NCBI GenBank assembly: GCA_045629305.1
Contig: JAZQQZ010000035.1
Span: 47,626 to 111,625, forward strand
DNA length: 64,000 bases
DNA from: Acutalibacteraceae bacterium
GTDB lineage: Bacteria > Bacillota > Clostridia > Oscillospirales > Acutalibacteraceae
Direction of reading: 5' to 3'
How positions within the stretch are numbered: position 1 is the stretch's first letter; each line of letters opens with the position of its first letter. The notes under the pieces were generated by a model. The model was not told the origin of the DNA and made no database searches. It worked only from the letters and a program-made list of their open reading frames with translations. Shown one piece after another: positions 36,281 to 45,697 of this stretch. The translations under genes were made by a program, and so were the position numbers.

Positions 36281-37160
36281 TAATGTAATAAAATATAAGA
36301 TAGAAGAATATGAGAGAGTGGATGAATTTGTCATAAAAATGCAGCACAGCAATAGGATACCTGGCCTTGTTGTGCTCGGTCGTGACGGCGACGAATTGCT
36401 CTTCGCCGTATCGAAACTTATACCACTTGCCGATTATCTTAGAAATGAAGTACATTCAGTGGACGACACCCTATCTTTAATAAATCAATACAATAATATT
36501 ATTGATAGCGCGGAGAATCATATGATTCCGCGCAGTGAAGTAATACTCAGTATGCGACTTGCCTTCGTTGACAAGGCGGACAAGTCGCTAATGCTTTGCT
36601 GTATCCCGACAGATATGTCTAAAATTTATACAGATACATTTGAAGAATTTAGAACTATTTCTCTTGCGCTCGCTGGATATGAAAATGATGATGAGCGGGC
36701 GAGAGCCATAAAGGAGATCCAGGGGATAGAGACTGAGAAAGAAGAGACTCCTCCGAAAAAGAAAAAAGAAAAGCCGAAGCTTTTCCATAGAATAAAGATA
36801 GAACTCGCACCGAAGGCCGACGACGATATCTTCGGCTTCGATGACGAGCCACTTCCAGAGGGAGTAAATATGATTACGGTAAGAAGCACTGGAGATGAGT
36901 ACCCACTTCTTTTCGGTCCAGATATAATCGGTTCCGATGATAGGAAGGCTAGCATATGTTTTCCGAATAACTTAAATATGGAAGGGGAACATGCAAGCAT
37001 CACTGTGCAGAAAGGTAAATATTATATTGCTGACTTAAATTCAACCGCCGGCACCACGCTCAACGGAGAGTCGCTCGAGCCTGGCAAGGCATACGAGCTC
37101 CACTCTGCCGATCTCATAGCAGTCGCCGGCGAGGAACTCGTTTTCGTAAAGCGAATATAG
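36261..37160 (+). CDS. Soluble FHA-domain protein with an uncharacterised N-terminal domain, translationally coupled to the sigma factor
   Basis: ATG 36261 behind AGGGAGA lies 20 nt inside the sigma gene. There is no hydrophobic TM segment. The linker is charged (EKEETPPKKKKEKPK). The C-terminal FHA pattern is GSDDRKASICFPNNLNMEGEHASITVQKGKYYIADLNSTAGTTLNGESL. Confidence 0.75.
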   Translation: MISEINSNVIKYKIEEYERVDEFVIKMQHSNRIPGLVVLGRDGDELLFAVSKLIPLADYLRNEVHSVDDTLSLINQYNNIIDSAENHMIPRSEVILSMRLAFVDKADKSLMLCCIPTDMSKIYTDTFEEFRTISLALAGYENDDERARAIKEIQGIETEKEETPPKKKKEKPKLFHRIKIELAPKADDDIFGFDDEPLPEGVNMITVRSTGDEYPLLFGPDIIGSDDRKASICFPNNLNMEGEHASITVQKGKYYIADLNSTAGTTLNGESLEPGKAYELHSADLIAVAGEELVFVKRI

Positions 37161-37165
37161 TGAAA

Positions 37166-37191
37166 TTAGCACTCCAGAAAAAGAGTGCTAA
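37166..37191 (+). promoter_or_regulatory. CIRCE-like inverted repeat with an 8-nt spacer, followed by T6; it doubles as a terminator-like hairpin
   Basis: TTAGCACTC (37166-37174), CAGAAAAA (8 nt by my count), GAGTGCTAA (37183-37191), then TTTTTT. It starts 6 nt after the FHA gene stop and lies upstream of the hrcA -35. Confidence 0.7.
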
Positions 37192-37208
37192 TTTTTTGCC
37201 TTTTTCTA

Positions 37209-37237
37209 TTGACAAAGGGATTTTCGGGTGTTACATT
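37209..37237 (+). promoter_or_regulatory. Sigma-A promoter of the hrcA operon (TTGACA-17-TACATT)
   Basis: TTGACA at 37209-37214. The -10 candidate at 37232-37237 lies in a TA-rich stretch. Confidence 0.55.
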
Positions 37238-37247
37238 ATATATGCAA

Positions 37248-37274
37248 TTAGCACTCGGAAATATAGAGTGCTAA
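37248..37274 (+). promoter_or_regulatory. CIRCE operator (canonical 9-nt spacer) in the hrcA leader
   Basis: TTAGCACTC (37248-37256), GGAAATATA, GAGTGCTAA (37266-37274). Confidence 0.9.
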
Positions 37275-37300
37275 AATTTTACACAAGGAGGAACACACGA

Positions 37301-38353
37301 GTGCTACCACCACGAAGACAACAGATACTTGCAGCAATTGTTGAGCAGTACATAGAGACTGGTGAACCAGTAGGCTCTAAGGTGTTGCTCCAGAGAATGG
37401 GTATTGATGTTTCATCAGCAACCATTCGAAATGAGATGGCAGAGCTTACGGCTCTCGGCTTCATCAGCCAGCCACATACATCTGCTGGTCGTATCCCAAC
37501 TCAAAGCGGCTATCGCTATTATGTTGACAATCTTATGCAACTTTCCGAACTTGAGGATCAGGACCGCAGAAGAATTGAGGCGGGAGTTGATTATCGCTCA
37601 GGTGATCCGGAACTTCTCATTGAGAAGGCCGGGGAGGCGCTTGTAGGATTTACCAACTTCGCAGCAATCTCAACCACACCGGCTGATGAGAATGCTTACA
37701 TCAAGAATATTGAGATGGTGCCAATCAGTTCCAAGATGGCAATGATAGTGCTCCTAACTTCCACAGGAATACTGAAAAGCAAAGCTTGTAGAACTGATGT
37801 CCCAATTACTCTTGATCTCGAGGAGACCTTCCAAGATGTTGTAAAGAATAACTTCTTCGGAATGCCGCTCTCGGACGTGACAACAGTGTTCATTCAGACA
37901 CTTGTTGCAAGCCTCGGTGCGAAAGCTCTTTCAATGTCTCCGCTACTTGTAACAATAGCAGACCTCTGCGAGGCCGCTGGTGTGTCGGAAGTTAAACTTG
38001 AAGGCCAGTCCAATCTTCTTGGATATAAGGAGTATGATGACAACGCTTCTCAGCTTTTAAGCTTCCTCCACAGAAGTGAGCCGCTCGGTATGCTGGTTTC
38101 ATCCTCAGGTTCTGATAATGATATCGAAATCAGGATAGGGTCAGAGAACCGTTACAAGGAATTGGAAAATTCAAGTGTGATTATTTCTAGATATAGAATC
38201 GGAAATAATGCGACTGGTGCGATAGGAATTATCGGCCCGACACGAATGAATTACTCCAAGCTTGTCCCAAGCATAAAATATCTCACAGACATAATCAGTA
38301 AGGTTTTGTCTGATGTTTATGAGGAGGAAAGTTCCATTGGCGAAGAAAGATAA
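37301..38353 (+). CDS. hrcA: Heat-inducible transcription repressor HrcA
   Basis: GTG 37301 lies behind AAGGAGG. LPPRRQQILAAIVEQYIETGEPVGSKVL is the conserved HrcA N-terminus. The ORF-track start at 37160 would translate both CIRCE elements. Confidence 0.9.
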   Translation: MLPPRRQQILAAIVEQYIETGEPVGSKVLLQRMGIDVSSATIRNEMAELTALGFISQPHTSAGRIPTQSGYRYYVDNLMQLSELEDQDRRRIEAGVDYRSGDPELLIEKAGEALVGFTNFAAISTTPADENAYIKNIEMVPISSKMAMIVLLTSTGILKSKACRTDVPITLDLEETFQDVVKNNFFGMPLSDVTTVFIQTLVASLGAKALSMSPLLVTIADLCEAAGVSEVKLEGQSNLLGYKEYDDNASQLLSFLHRSEPLGMLVSSSGSDNDIEIRIGSENRYKELENSSVIISRYRIGNNATGAIGIIGPTRMNYSKLVPSIKYLTDIISKVLSDVYEEESSIGEER

Positions 38354-38834
38354 TAAAGCTATAGAAGAAGAAATTGTTGAGGAGACAGAGACTTCAGAGA
38401 TTGATGATCTTAAAGCTGAACTCGAAGCTCAGAAAGAGGCTTACTTAAGACTCGCCGCTGAGTACGACAATTTCAGAAAACGTACAGCTAAAGAAAAAGA
38501 GGAATCGTTCACAAATGCGAAAGCTACGGTTTTCGAGGAGTTCCTCCCAGTGCTCGACAACTTCGACCGCGCTCTGTCTGTAGAGGACGCAGCGTTCGAA
38601 GATTACAAGAAGGGCGTCGAAATGACATACACACAATTCAAAGATGTGTTCCAGAAATTTGGAGTTGAGACCTTCGGTGAGCCTGGTGATCAATTTGATC
38701 CTAACTTCCACAATGCAGTGATGCATGTGGACGATGACAACCTTCCGGCAAACGTTATAACAGACGTTTTCCAAAAGGGATATAAAATAGGCGATAAAGT
38801 CCTAAGACCTGCAATGGTCAAAGTAGCAAACTAA
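38313..38834 (+). CDS. grpE: Nucleotide exchange factor GrpE
   Basis: YLRLAAEYDNFRKRTAKE and VLRPAMVKV motifs. A likely alternative start is TTG 38337, 8 nt downstream of GAGGAGGA. It overlaps the hrcA 3' end. Confidence 0.9.
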   Translation: MFMRRKVPLAKKDNKAIEEEIVEETETSEIDDLKAELEAQKEAYLRLAAEYDNFRKRTAKEKEESFTNAKATVFEEFLPVLDNFDRALSVEDAAFEDYKKGVEMTYTQFKDVFQKFGVETFGEPGDQFDPNFHNAVMHVDDDNLPANVITDVFQKGYKIGDKVLRPAMVKVAN

Positions 38835-38866
38835 GTAATTAATTCATTTATTTGGAGGATAAAATT

Positions 38867-40705
38867 ATGGCAAAAATAGTAGGTATTGACCTCGGTACAA
38901 CTAACTCATGTGTAGCAGTTATTGAAGGCGGAGAGCCTGTAGTTATAGCAAACGCAGAAGGCGCAAGAACAACTCCATCAGTTGTTGCTTTCGGCAAAGA
39001 CGGCGAGCGTATGGTAGGCCAGGTAGCAAAGCGCCAGGCTATCACTAACCCAGACAAGACAGTTTCTTCAATCAAACGTCAGATGGGTACAGATTTCAAA
39101 GTAAAAATTGACGACAAGAAGTTCACACCACAGGAAATTTCAGCAATGATTCTTCAGAAGCTTAAGAGCGATGCTGAAGCATATCTTGGTGATACAGTAA
39201 CAGAAGCAGTTATCACAGTTCCTGCATACTTCACAGATTCACAGCGTCAGGCAACTAAGGATGCTGGTAAGATCGCTGGTCTTGAAGTAAAGAGAATTAT
39301 CAACGAGCCAACAGCAGCAGCTCTTGCTTACGGTATTGATAAGGACAACGACCAGAAGGTTATGGTATATGACCTCGGCGGTGGTACATTCGATGTATCT
39401 ATCATTGAGATGGGCGACGGCGTTCAGGAAGTTCTTGCAACAGCTGGTAACAACCGCCTCGGTGGTGACGACTTCGACCAGAGAGTTATTGATTGGCTCG
39501 CTGACGAGTTCAAGAAGGCAGAGGGCGTAGACTTAAAGGGCGACAAGATGGCTATGCAGCGTCTTAAGGAAGCTGCTGAGAAGGCTAAGATTGAGCTCTC
39601 AGGCGTTACAACTTCTAACATCTCTCTTCCGTTCATCACAGCAGATGCAAATGGTCCAAAGCACCTCGAGATGACACTTACACGCGCTAAGTTCAACGAG
39701 CTCACAGCTGATCTCGTTGAGAGCACAATGGGTCCTGTACGTCAGGCAATGTCAGACTCAGGTCTTAAGACTTCTGAGATTGACAAGGTTCTCATGGTTG
39801 GTGGTTCCTCAAGAATTCCAGCAGTTCAGGAAGCAGTAGAGAAGTTCATCGGCAAAGAGCCATTCAAGGGTATCAACCCAGATGAGTGCGTAGCTATGGG
39901 TGCTGCTCTTCAGGGCGGCGTACTTGGTGGCGACGTTAAGGGTCTCCTTCTTCTTGATGTAACACCATTGTCACTCGGTATCGAGACACTCGGTGGTATC
40001 TCAACTAAGATTATTGAGCGTAATACAACAATCCCTACAAAGAAGAGCCAGATCTTCTCAACAGCTGCTGATAACCAGACATCTGTAGAAGTAAACGTTC
40101 TTCAGGGTGAGCGTGAGTTCGCTAAGGATAACAAGCAGCTCGGTCTCTTCCACCTCGATGGAATTCTTCCAGCACGTCGTGGCACACCACAGATCGAAGT
40201 TACATTCGACATCGATGCCAACGGTATCGTTCACGTATCAGCTAAGGATCTTGGCACAGGTAAAGAGCAGTCTATCTCTATCACAGCTTCTTCTAACATG
40301 TCTAAGGAAGACATCGACAAGGCTGTCAAAGAGGCAGAGCAGTTCGCCGCTGAGGATAAGCAGCGCCGTGAGGACGTAGATGCTAGAAACGCAGCTGACC
40401 AGATGGTATTCCAGTGCGAGAAGATTCTTCAGGACGAAGGCGACAAGTTCGACGAGGCAGATAAGAAGGATCTTGAAGAGAAGATCGATGCACTCAAGGA
40501 AGCTCTCAAGGGCGAGGATATGAACCTCATCAAGAACCGTCAGGAAGAACTCCAGTCTAAGTTCTATGAGATTTCAGAGAAGCTCTATAAGGCAAATGCA
40601 CCACAGGGTGACCCATCAGCTGCTGGCTTCGATCCAAGCCAGTTCACAGGCGGCGCAGCACCAGCTGACGACGCAGCAGATGTAGAGTTCACAGACGTAG
40701 ACTAA
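38867..40705 (+). CDS. dnaK: Molecular chaperone DnaK (Hsp70)
   Basis: [42 protein letters not shown] 38867 is preferred. Confidence 0.97.
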   Translation: MAKIVGIDLGTTNSCVAVIEGGEPVVIANAEGARTTPSVVAFGKDGERMVGQVAKRQAITNPDKTVSSIKRQMGTDFKVKIDDKKFTPQEISAMILQKLKSDAEAYLGDTVTEAVITVPAYFTDSQRQATKDAGKIAGLEVKRIINEPTAAALAYGIDKDNDQKVMVYDLGGGTFDVSIIEMGDGVQEVLATAGNNRLGGDDFDQRVIDWLADEFKKAEGVDLKGDKMAMQRLKEAAEKAKIELSGVTTSNISLPFITADANGPKHLEMTLTRAKFNELTADLVESTMGPVRQAMSDSGLKTSEIDKVLMVGGSSRIPAVQEAVEKFIGKEPFKGINPDECVAMGAALQGGVLGGDVKGLLLLDVTPLSLGIETLGGISTKIIERNTTIPTKKSQIFSTAADNQTSVEVNVLQGEREFAKDNKQLGLFHLDGILPARRGTPQIEVTFDIDANGIVHVSAKDLGTGKEQSISITASSNMSKEDIDKAVKEAEQFAAEDKQRREDVDARNAADQMVFQCEKILQDEGDKFDEADKKDLEEKIDALKEALKGEDMNLIKNRQEELQSKFYEISEKLYKANAPQGDPSAAGFDPSQFTGGAAPADDAADVEFTDVD

Positions 40706-40724
40706 TCAATAGAGGAGCCGTAAA

Positions 40725-41915
40725 ATGGCTGATAAAAGAGATTATTATGAGGTCCTCGGCGTTGACAAATCAGCGTCAGAGGACGAACTCAAAAAAGCAT
40801 ATAGAAAAAAGGCGAAGCAGTATCACCCGGATCTAAATCCGGGCGATGCAGAGGCCGAGAAGAACTTCAAAGAAGTCAACGAGGCATATGAGGTTTTGTC
40901 AGACCCTGACAAGAAGTCTCGATATGATAGATTCGGCCACGCGGGCGTCGATCCTAATGCAGGATTTGGCGGCGGTGGCGGATACGGCGACTTTGGCGGT
41001 TTCGGAGACCTCGGCGACCTCTTCTCCTCCATCTTCGGAGGAGGATTCGGCGGATTCGGTGGTGGCGGTTCATCCCGCAACCCTAATGCGCCACGCCGCG
41101 GTTCCAATATCGAAGCCCGCGTAAGTCTTTCGTTCGAAGAGGCAGCTAAGGGATGTCATAAGACAATAGAGATACCTCGCATTGAAAAATGTGACGTCTG
41201 CGGTGGCGACGGATGCAAGGATGGCACGAAGCCTGAGACTTGCTCAGAATGCCACGGCTCAGGCACAGTATCTACTCAATCACGTACACCATTTGGCGTC
41301 TTCCAGTCTACTAAAGAATGTCCAACTTGCCATGGCCGTGGCAAGACGATAAAGGATCCGTGCCCTCGTTGTAAGGGCGCTGGAATGATTCGCCGTAAGA
41401 TTGAGATTGAGGTGGATATCCCAGCTGGTATTGATAACGGACAGGCATTCACTCTCAGAGGACAGGGCAACTTCGGTGCAAACGGTGGTCCACAGGGTGA
41501 TGTATTTATCATCCCAAATGTCAAGCCACATCCTATCTATGAGAGAGATGGCTACGATGTCTATACCAACGTTACAGTCACATATGCTCAGGCGGTTCTC
41601 GGTTCTGAAATCTATGTTCCGACACTTGACGGTAAGGTTAAGTACAATATGCCTGCCGGCACTCAGCCTGGCACACGTTTCAGACTTCGCGAACGTGGTA
41701 TCCAGAATGTAAATAATCCTTCTATCCGTGGCGACCAGTATGTCACAGTAATTGTCGATGTACCAAGAAAGGTAACAGATCATCAGAAAGAACTTCTGAA
41801 ACAGTTCGAGGATGAATATATCGATAAGCCAAAGAATGATGCTACTGGATATAATCCACAGAATGAGAAAAAGAAAACCGTCTTCGAAAAGATCAAAGAC
41901 GTGTTCGATGACTAA
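40725..41915 (+). CDS. dnaJ: Molecular chaperone DnaJ
   Basis: J-domain YHPDLNP, a G/F-rich region, and four CxxCxGxG zinc-finger repeats. Confidence 0.95.
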   Translation: MADKRDYYEVLGVDKSASEDELKKAYRKKAKQYHPDLNPGDAEAEKNFKEVNEAYEVLSDPDKKSRYDRFGHAGVDPNAGFGGGGGYGDFGGFGDLGDLFSSIFGGGFGGFGGGGSSRNPNAPRRGSNIEARVSLSFEEAAKGCHKTIEIPRIEKCDVCGGDGCKDGTKPETCSECHGSGTVSTQSRTPFGVFQSTKECPTCHGRGKTIKDPCPRCKGAGMIRRKIEIEVDIPAGIDNGQAFTLRGQGNFGANGGPQGDVFIIPNVKPHPIYERDGYDVYTNVTVTYAQAVLGSEIYVPTLDGKVKYNMPAGTQPGTRFRLRERGIQNVNNPSIRGDQYVTVIVDVPRKVTDHQKELLKQFEDEYIDKPKNDATGYNPQNEKKKTVFEKIKDVFDD

Positions 41916-41918
41916 TAG

Positions 41919-41953
41919 AAAACCCCGCTGGAGTCCAGCGGGGTTTCTTTTAT
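41919..41953. terminator. Bidirectional terminator between dnaJ and aroQ
   Basis: AACCCCGCTGG / CCAGCGGGGTT stem, then a T-run. Confidence 0.8.
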
Positions 41954-42393
41954 TTATTGATTGTATTAAGTTCTCTTTCAAGTACGTCGATTGCTTTGAT
42001 GTAACCGTCTGTACCTTGACCTACGATTGATGCGAGGCAAGCAGGTTCAATCAAGTCTCTATGTCTAAATTCTTCGCGTGCCTTGATGTTGGAAATATGT
42101 ACTTCTACGGAAGGAATACCTGTTGATTCAAGTGCATCGAGGATGGCGACACTTGTATGAGTATAACCAGCGGGATTGATTACTATTCCATTGTATTTAC
42201 TCATTGCATCCTGAATCTTATCAACAATGTCGCCCTCGTGATTTGACTGGTAGAAGTCAACAACAATTCCTTTACCAGTGCAATGTCTCTGAATGCGAGC
42301 AATTAAATCTTCATAAGTTTCTTGGCCATATATTCTAGGATTGCGAAGGCCAAGCATATTCATATTAGGACCATTTATAACAAGTATTTTCAT
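41950..42393 (-). CDS. aroQ: Type II 3-dehydroquinate dehydratase
   Basis: MKILVINGPNMNMLGLRNPRIYG, INPAGYTHTSVA, EVHISN. Confidence 0.9.
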   Translation of the reverse strand: MKILVINGPNMNMLGLRNPRIYGQETYEDLIARIQRHCTGKGIVVDFYQSNHEGDIVDKIQDAMSKYNGIVINPAGYTHTSVAILDALESTGIPSVEVHISNIKAREEFRHRDLIEPACLASIVGQGTDGYIKAIDVLERELNTINK

Positions 42394-43413
42394 TTAGTTC
42401 ACTCCATATCCATTTGGATTTTTAGATTGCCAGTTCCAGGAGTCACGGCACATGTCGGAGATGTTCTTCTCAGCCACCCAGCCGAGCTCATCTCTTGCTT
42501 TGTCTGCCTTGCAATAGCATGTGGCAATGTCGCCAGCACGGCGAGGAACAATCTCATAGGCAAGGGCCTTGCCACATGCGTTCTCATATGCATGAAGAAC
42601 ATCGAGGACACTGTAGCCGTTGCCGGTGCCGAGGTTGTAGATTGAGACGCCGGTGCCTGGCTCGAGCTTTACGAGAGCCTTTACATGGCCACGTGCGAGA
42701 TCTACAACATGGATGTAATCGCGTACGCCAGTGCCGTCCGGTGTGTCATAGTCGTTGCCGAACACACGGAGGGCTTCGCGCTTACCGATTGCAACCTGTG
42801 CAATATATGGAACGAGATTATTTGGAATACCACGAGGGTCTTCGCCTATAAGTCCGCTCTCATGGGCTCCGATTGGATTGAAGTAACGGAGAAGTACAAC
42901 ATTCCACTCGTTGTCTGAGGTATGAAGATCCATGAGAATCTGCTCAATCATTGACTTGGACCAACCATAAGGATTGGTAGGTGAACCCTTCGGGCAATCC
43001 TCTGTTATAGGGATAAATGCTGGGTCGCCATACACTGTTGCTGATGATGAGAAGATTATATTTTTAACACCGTGAGCACTCATAACTTCGCAGAGATTGA
43101 CAGTTCCTGCGATGTTGTTTTCGTAGTAGAGAAGAGGCTTCTCAACAGATTCACCAACTGCTTTAAGACCAGCGAAATGAATCACTGCATCGATGTTCTC
43201 AGCATCAAAAATTTTGTTGAGTGCATCAGTATCAAGGATGTCTGCCTTATAAAATTTAACTGGTTTTCCTGTGATTTTCTCAACTCTATTTAGGGATTCC
43301 TCAGAGGAGTTGGAGAGGTTGTCGAGTACGACTACTTCATAGCCGGCCTCAAGAAGTTCAACACAGGTATGGCTGCCGATATATCCGGCACCGCCAGTAC
43401 AAAGAATTTTCAT
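42394..43413 (-). CDS. galE: UDP-glucose 4-epimerase
   Basis: [15 protein letters not shown] catalytic motif, 339 aa. Confidence 0.93.
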   Translation of the reverse strand: MKILCTGGAGYIGSHTCVELLEAGYEVVVLDNLSNSSEESLNRVEKITGKPVKFYKADILDTDALNKIFDAENIDAVIHFAGLKAVGESVEKPLLYYENNIAGTVNLCEVMSAHGVKNIIFSSSATVYGDPAFIPITEDCPKGSPTNPYGWSKSMIEQILMDLHTSDNEWNVVLLRYFNPIGAHESGLIGEDPRGIPNNLVPYIAQVAIGKREALRVFGNDYDTPDGTGVRDYIHVVDLARGHVKALVKLEPGTGVSIYNLGTGNGYSVLDVLHAYENACGKALAYEIVPRRAGDIATCYCKADKARDELGWVAEKNISDMCRDSWNWQSKNPNGYGVN

Positions 43414-43504
43414 ATGTTTTCTCCTTTGATTTTGTACTCTAATTATACTTTATGTGGCCTTTATTTTCAAGGTTGGTTGATGTATAATAACGCGGGGGTA
43501 TTCT

Positions 43505-44338
43505 ATGAAATATAATGCTGATTGCCATATTCATATTGGCTTACCTAACAAAGAAATTAATGATGAAGAGCTCCGTGCTCTTCTTCAAGAATATAAGGAT
43601 GCTGGTATCACATTTATCCGTGATGGCGGCGATAAATTTGGCGTGTCGAAACGCGCGAAAGCGATAGCGAAAGAGATGGGAATGGACTACAGGACTTGTA
43701 TCTTTCCAATCTGCAAGAAAGGCCTCTATGGTGCCTTTCTTGGCAAGACTTTCGACACGCAAGACGAATACAAAGCGCTCGTCGATGAGGCGATAGACGA
43801 AGGTGCTGATTTTATCAAGATTATGGTCTCCGGTGTGGTTGATTTTAGCAACGATACCGAGGTGCCTGCACTCTCCTCGGATGAGATTGCATCAATGGTT
43901 GGATATGCCCATGGCAAGGGCCTTTCCGTGATGTGCCATGTGAACGGTGCAGAGGCCATAAGGAGTGCACTTTCCGCTGGAGTAGACTCCATCGAGCATG
44001 GCTTCTATATGGATGAGGACACCGCTGCACTCCTTGCTGCATCTGACACCGTATGGGTGCCGACTGTAGCACCAGCCACAGCCTTTGTTGGCGATAAAAA
44101 AATTAATCAAGATAACCTTAAAAAGATAATGACTGAACATATGAAGATGATTGGCCGTGTCTGGTACCTCGGCGGCATGATTGCCCTCGGCACTGACGCC
44201 GGCTGCGTCGGCACCCCTCATGTTGAATCAATTGACAAAGAATATGATTTACTCAAAGCCGCGATTGATGATGTTGAATTTGATGCTCATCTTGAGATGT
44301 CACAAGCACAGATTGCATGGAAATTTAATAGGCAATAA
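43505..44338 (+). CDS. Amidohydrolase-superfamily metal-dependent hydrolase
   Basis: CHIH metal motif near the N-terminus, VMCHVNG, SIEHG, GTDAG. Confidence 0.65.
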   Translation: MKYNADCHIHIGLPNKEINDEELRALLQEYKDAGITFIRDGGDKFGVSKRAKAIAKEMGMDYRTCIFPICKKGLYGAFLGKTFDTQDEYKALVDEAIDEGADFIKIMVSGVVDFSNDTEVPALSSDEIASMVGYAHGKGLSVMCHVNGAEAIRSALSAGVDSIEHGFYMDEDTAALLAASDTVWVPTVAPATAFVGDKKINQDNLKKIMTEHMKMIGRVWYLGGMIALGTDAGCVGTPHVESIDKEYDLLKAAIDDVEFDAHLEMSQAQIAWKFNRQ

Positions 44339-44340
44339 AA

Positions 44341-44372
44341 TAAGCCCCGCTCATTGAGCGGTGCTTTTCTTC
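44341..44372. terminator. Terminator between convergent genes
   Basis: AAGCCCCGCT / AGCGGTGCTT imperfect stem followed by TTTCTTC. Confidence 0.55.
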
Positions 44373-44377
44373 TAAAA

Positions 44378-45574
44378 TTATTTAACTGGAGGAAGCTCTG
44401 CGAAGCCCTTAACCATGTCAAGGAAGTACTTCTTATAAGTCTCTTTGTCCTCAAGGAATCCCATCCAGCTGAAGTGATCCTTATACTCAACTGGCATGTT
44501 GTACCACTTGCCTGGTACAATCTGTGTTTCCTCTGTCCAGTCCTCCTGTGGCTTGTTCCAAGGAGCTGCTGTGCAGACTGTGTTAACAGGTCCGTCTGAT
44601 GCATACCAATCGTTGGTCATGCCGAGCTTCTTAAGTGTTGGTGATGTGTACCAACCTGTGAGAAGCTGTGAGATATGAGCGATTGGGAATGATTTGAGAT
44701 CCATTGCCTGGAATGGTGTAGAACCAATCTTATGTGAACGGCAAGCACGGCGTGCAAAATAGTAAATCTTATCAGAGATAGCAAGATAATCGTTCATCTC
44801 ACAAGCGGTTTCAACACGCATCTCTTCCATTATGTTGTCGAACTGATTAGCGTTGATTCTCTTTATAGCTTCTTTCTTAGCAAGAGGCTTTACAAAATGG
44901 AAGTTATCGTTTGCTTTAGCATCAACTGTGATGCCCCACTGATCGCAGAGGAAATCCCATGCGTTCATAACGCGAGAAGAACCGAATGTTGTAGAAATAA
45001 CACCGAAGAGTAAGTAGTTTACAAGTGGAGAAGCATGGAGATCATGACCAGCACTTGCAAGTGTAGTACCGTTGTTAGTACCAGAAAGAGTTGTTACAGT
45101 GTGGAGAAGATTTGCATGTCCGCCAGCGAAGAGAGGAGAGAGTTCATTTGCAGGTGTAGAAGCGCGCTCCTCTTCGAAACCACGGTCAAGAAGATCTGAG
45201 AATACCATTACTGTTGGGCCGCCGAATGAGTGGCCGATGATGTTAATCTTTTCGTGAGGGCCTGGTGTACCCCAGTCTTTGATGATACCAGGATATGTAC
45301 GGCCGAAACGAGCGTGACCATACTTCTCGGCATGTGCTTTACCATAGTCAACAGTACCGCCGTTGATGATTGCCCAAAGCTCGCAAGAACGATCCCATGC
45401 GCTGCTCCAAGGACCAACTGCTGGTGCGTAAGATTCATAACCCATAGATGTGAGATATCTATCCATACCCTTTGCGCCTACACCACCGAAATATGGTGAA
45501 ATCTTGTTGAGGAAATCTCCGTTACCCCAACCAAAGAAACCGTGGATGATAATATTTGGATATACGTTTGACAT
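44378..45574 (-). CDS. Staphylococcal/Geobacillus-type triacylglycerol lipase homologue with no signal peptide
   Basis: NIIIHGFFGWG oxyanion region, nucleophile elbow IIGHSFGGP, LFAGGHANLLHTVTTLSGTNNG. ATG 45574 behind AAAGGAGGAAAG. Confidence 0.8.
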   Translation of the reverse strand: MSNVYPNIIIHGFFGWGNGDFLNKISPYFGGVGAKGMDRYLTSMGYESYAPAVGPWSSAWDRSCELWAIINGGTVDYGKAHAEKYGHARFGRTYPGIIKDWGTPGPHEKINIIGHSFGGPTVMVFSDLLDRGFEEERASTPANELSPLFAGGHANLLHTVTTLSGTNNGTTLASAGHDLHASPLVNYLLFGVISTTFGSSRVMNAWDFLCDQWGITVDAKANDNFHFVKPLAKKEAIKRINANQFDNIMEEMRVETACEMNDYLAISDKIYYFARRACRSHKIGSTPFQAMDLKSFPIAHISQLLTGWYTSPTLKKLGMTNDWYASDGPVNTVCTAAPWNKPQEDWTEETQIVPGKWYNMPVEYKDHFSWMGFLEDKETYKKYFLDMVKGFAELPPVK

Positions 45575-45697
45575 TATCTTTCCTCCTTTTGCGGATTTTA
45601 ATTCTTTTCTATTATAGTCAATTACAAAAGATTTTGCAAAGTACAAAATACTGTGATACAGTATAAGTAGATTAATTTATTATAAAAGGAGAAAGAG

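Noticed and set aside
37160-37300. The 5' extension of the hrcA ORF starting at 37160
   Set aside because: It would translate through two CIRCE operators and the promoter. GTG 37301 with AAGGAGG gives the conserved HrcA N-terminus.
40823-41124. ORFs of 92-94 aa on both strands inside dnaJ
   Set aside because: They are artefacts of the GC-rich Gly/Phe-repeat coding region of dnaJ, giving Pro/Gly-rich nonsense translations.
41280-41981. A 233-aa minus-strand ORF, plus similar long antisense ORFs at 2468-2881, 2972-3622, 12441-13055, 49292-49825, 53181-53663, 59860-60408, 61310-61876 and 62308-62883
   Set aside because: Each is fully contained in, and antisense to, a gene with strong family motifs: dnaJ, SSB/adhesin, M16 peptidase, acyl-CoA synthetase, cysE, proB/proA, proA/proC and the YabE-like gene. 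None has an RBS or recognisable domain. They are typical codon-bias shadows.
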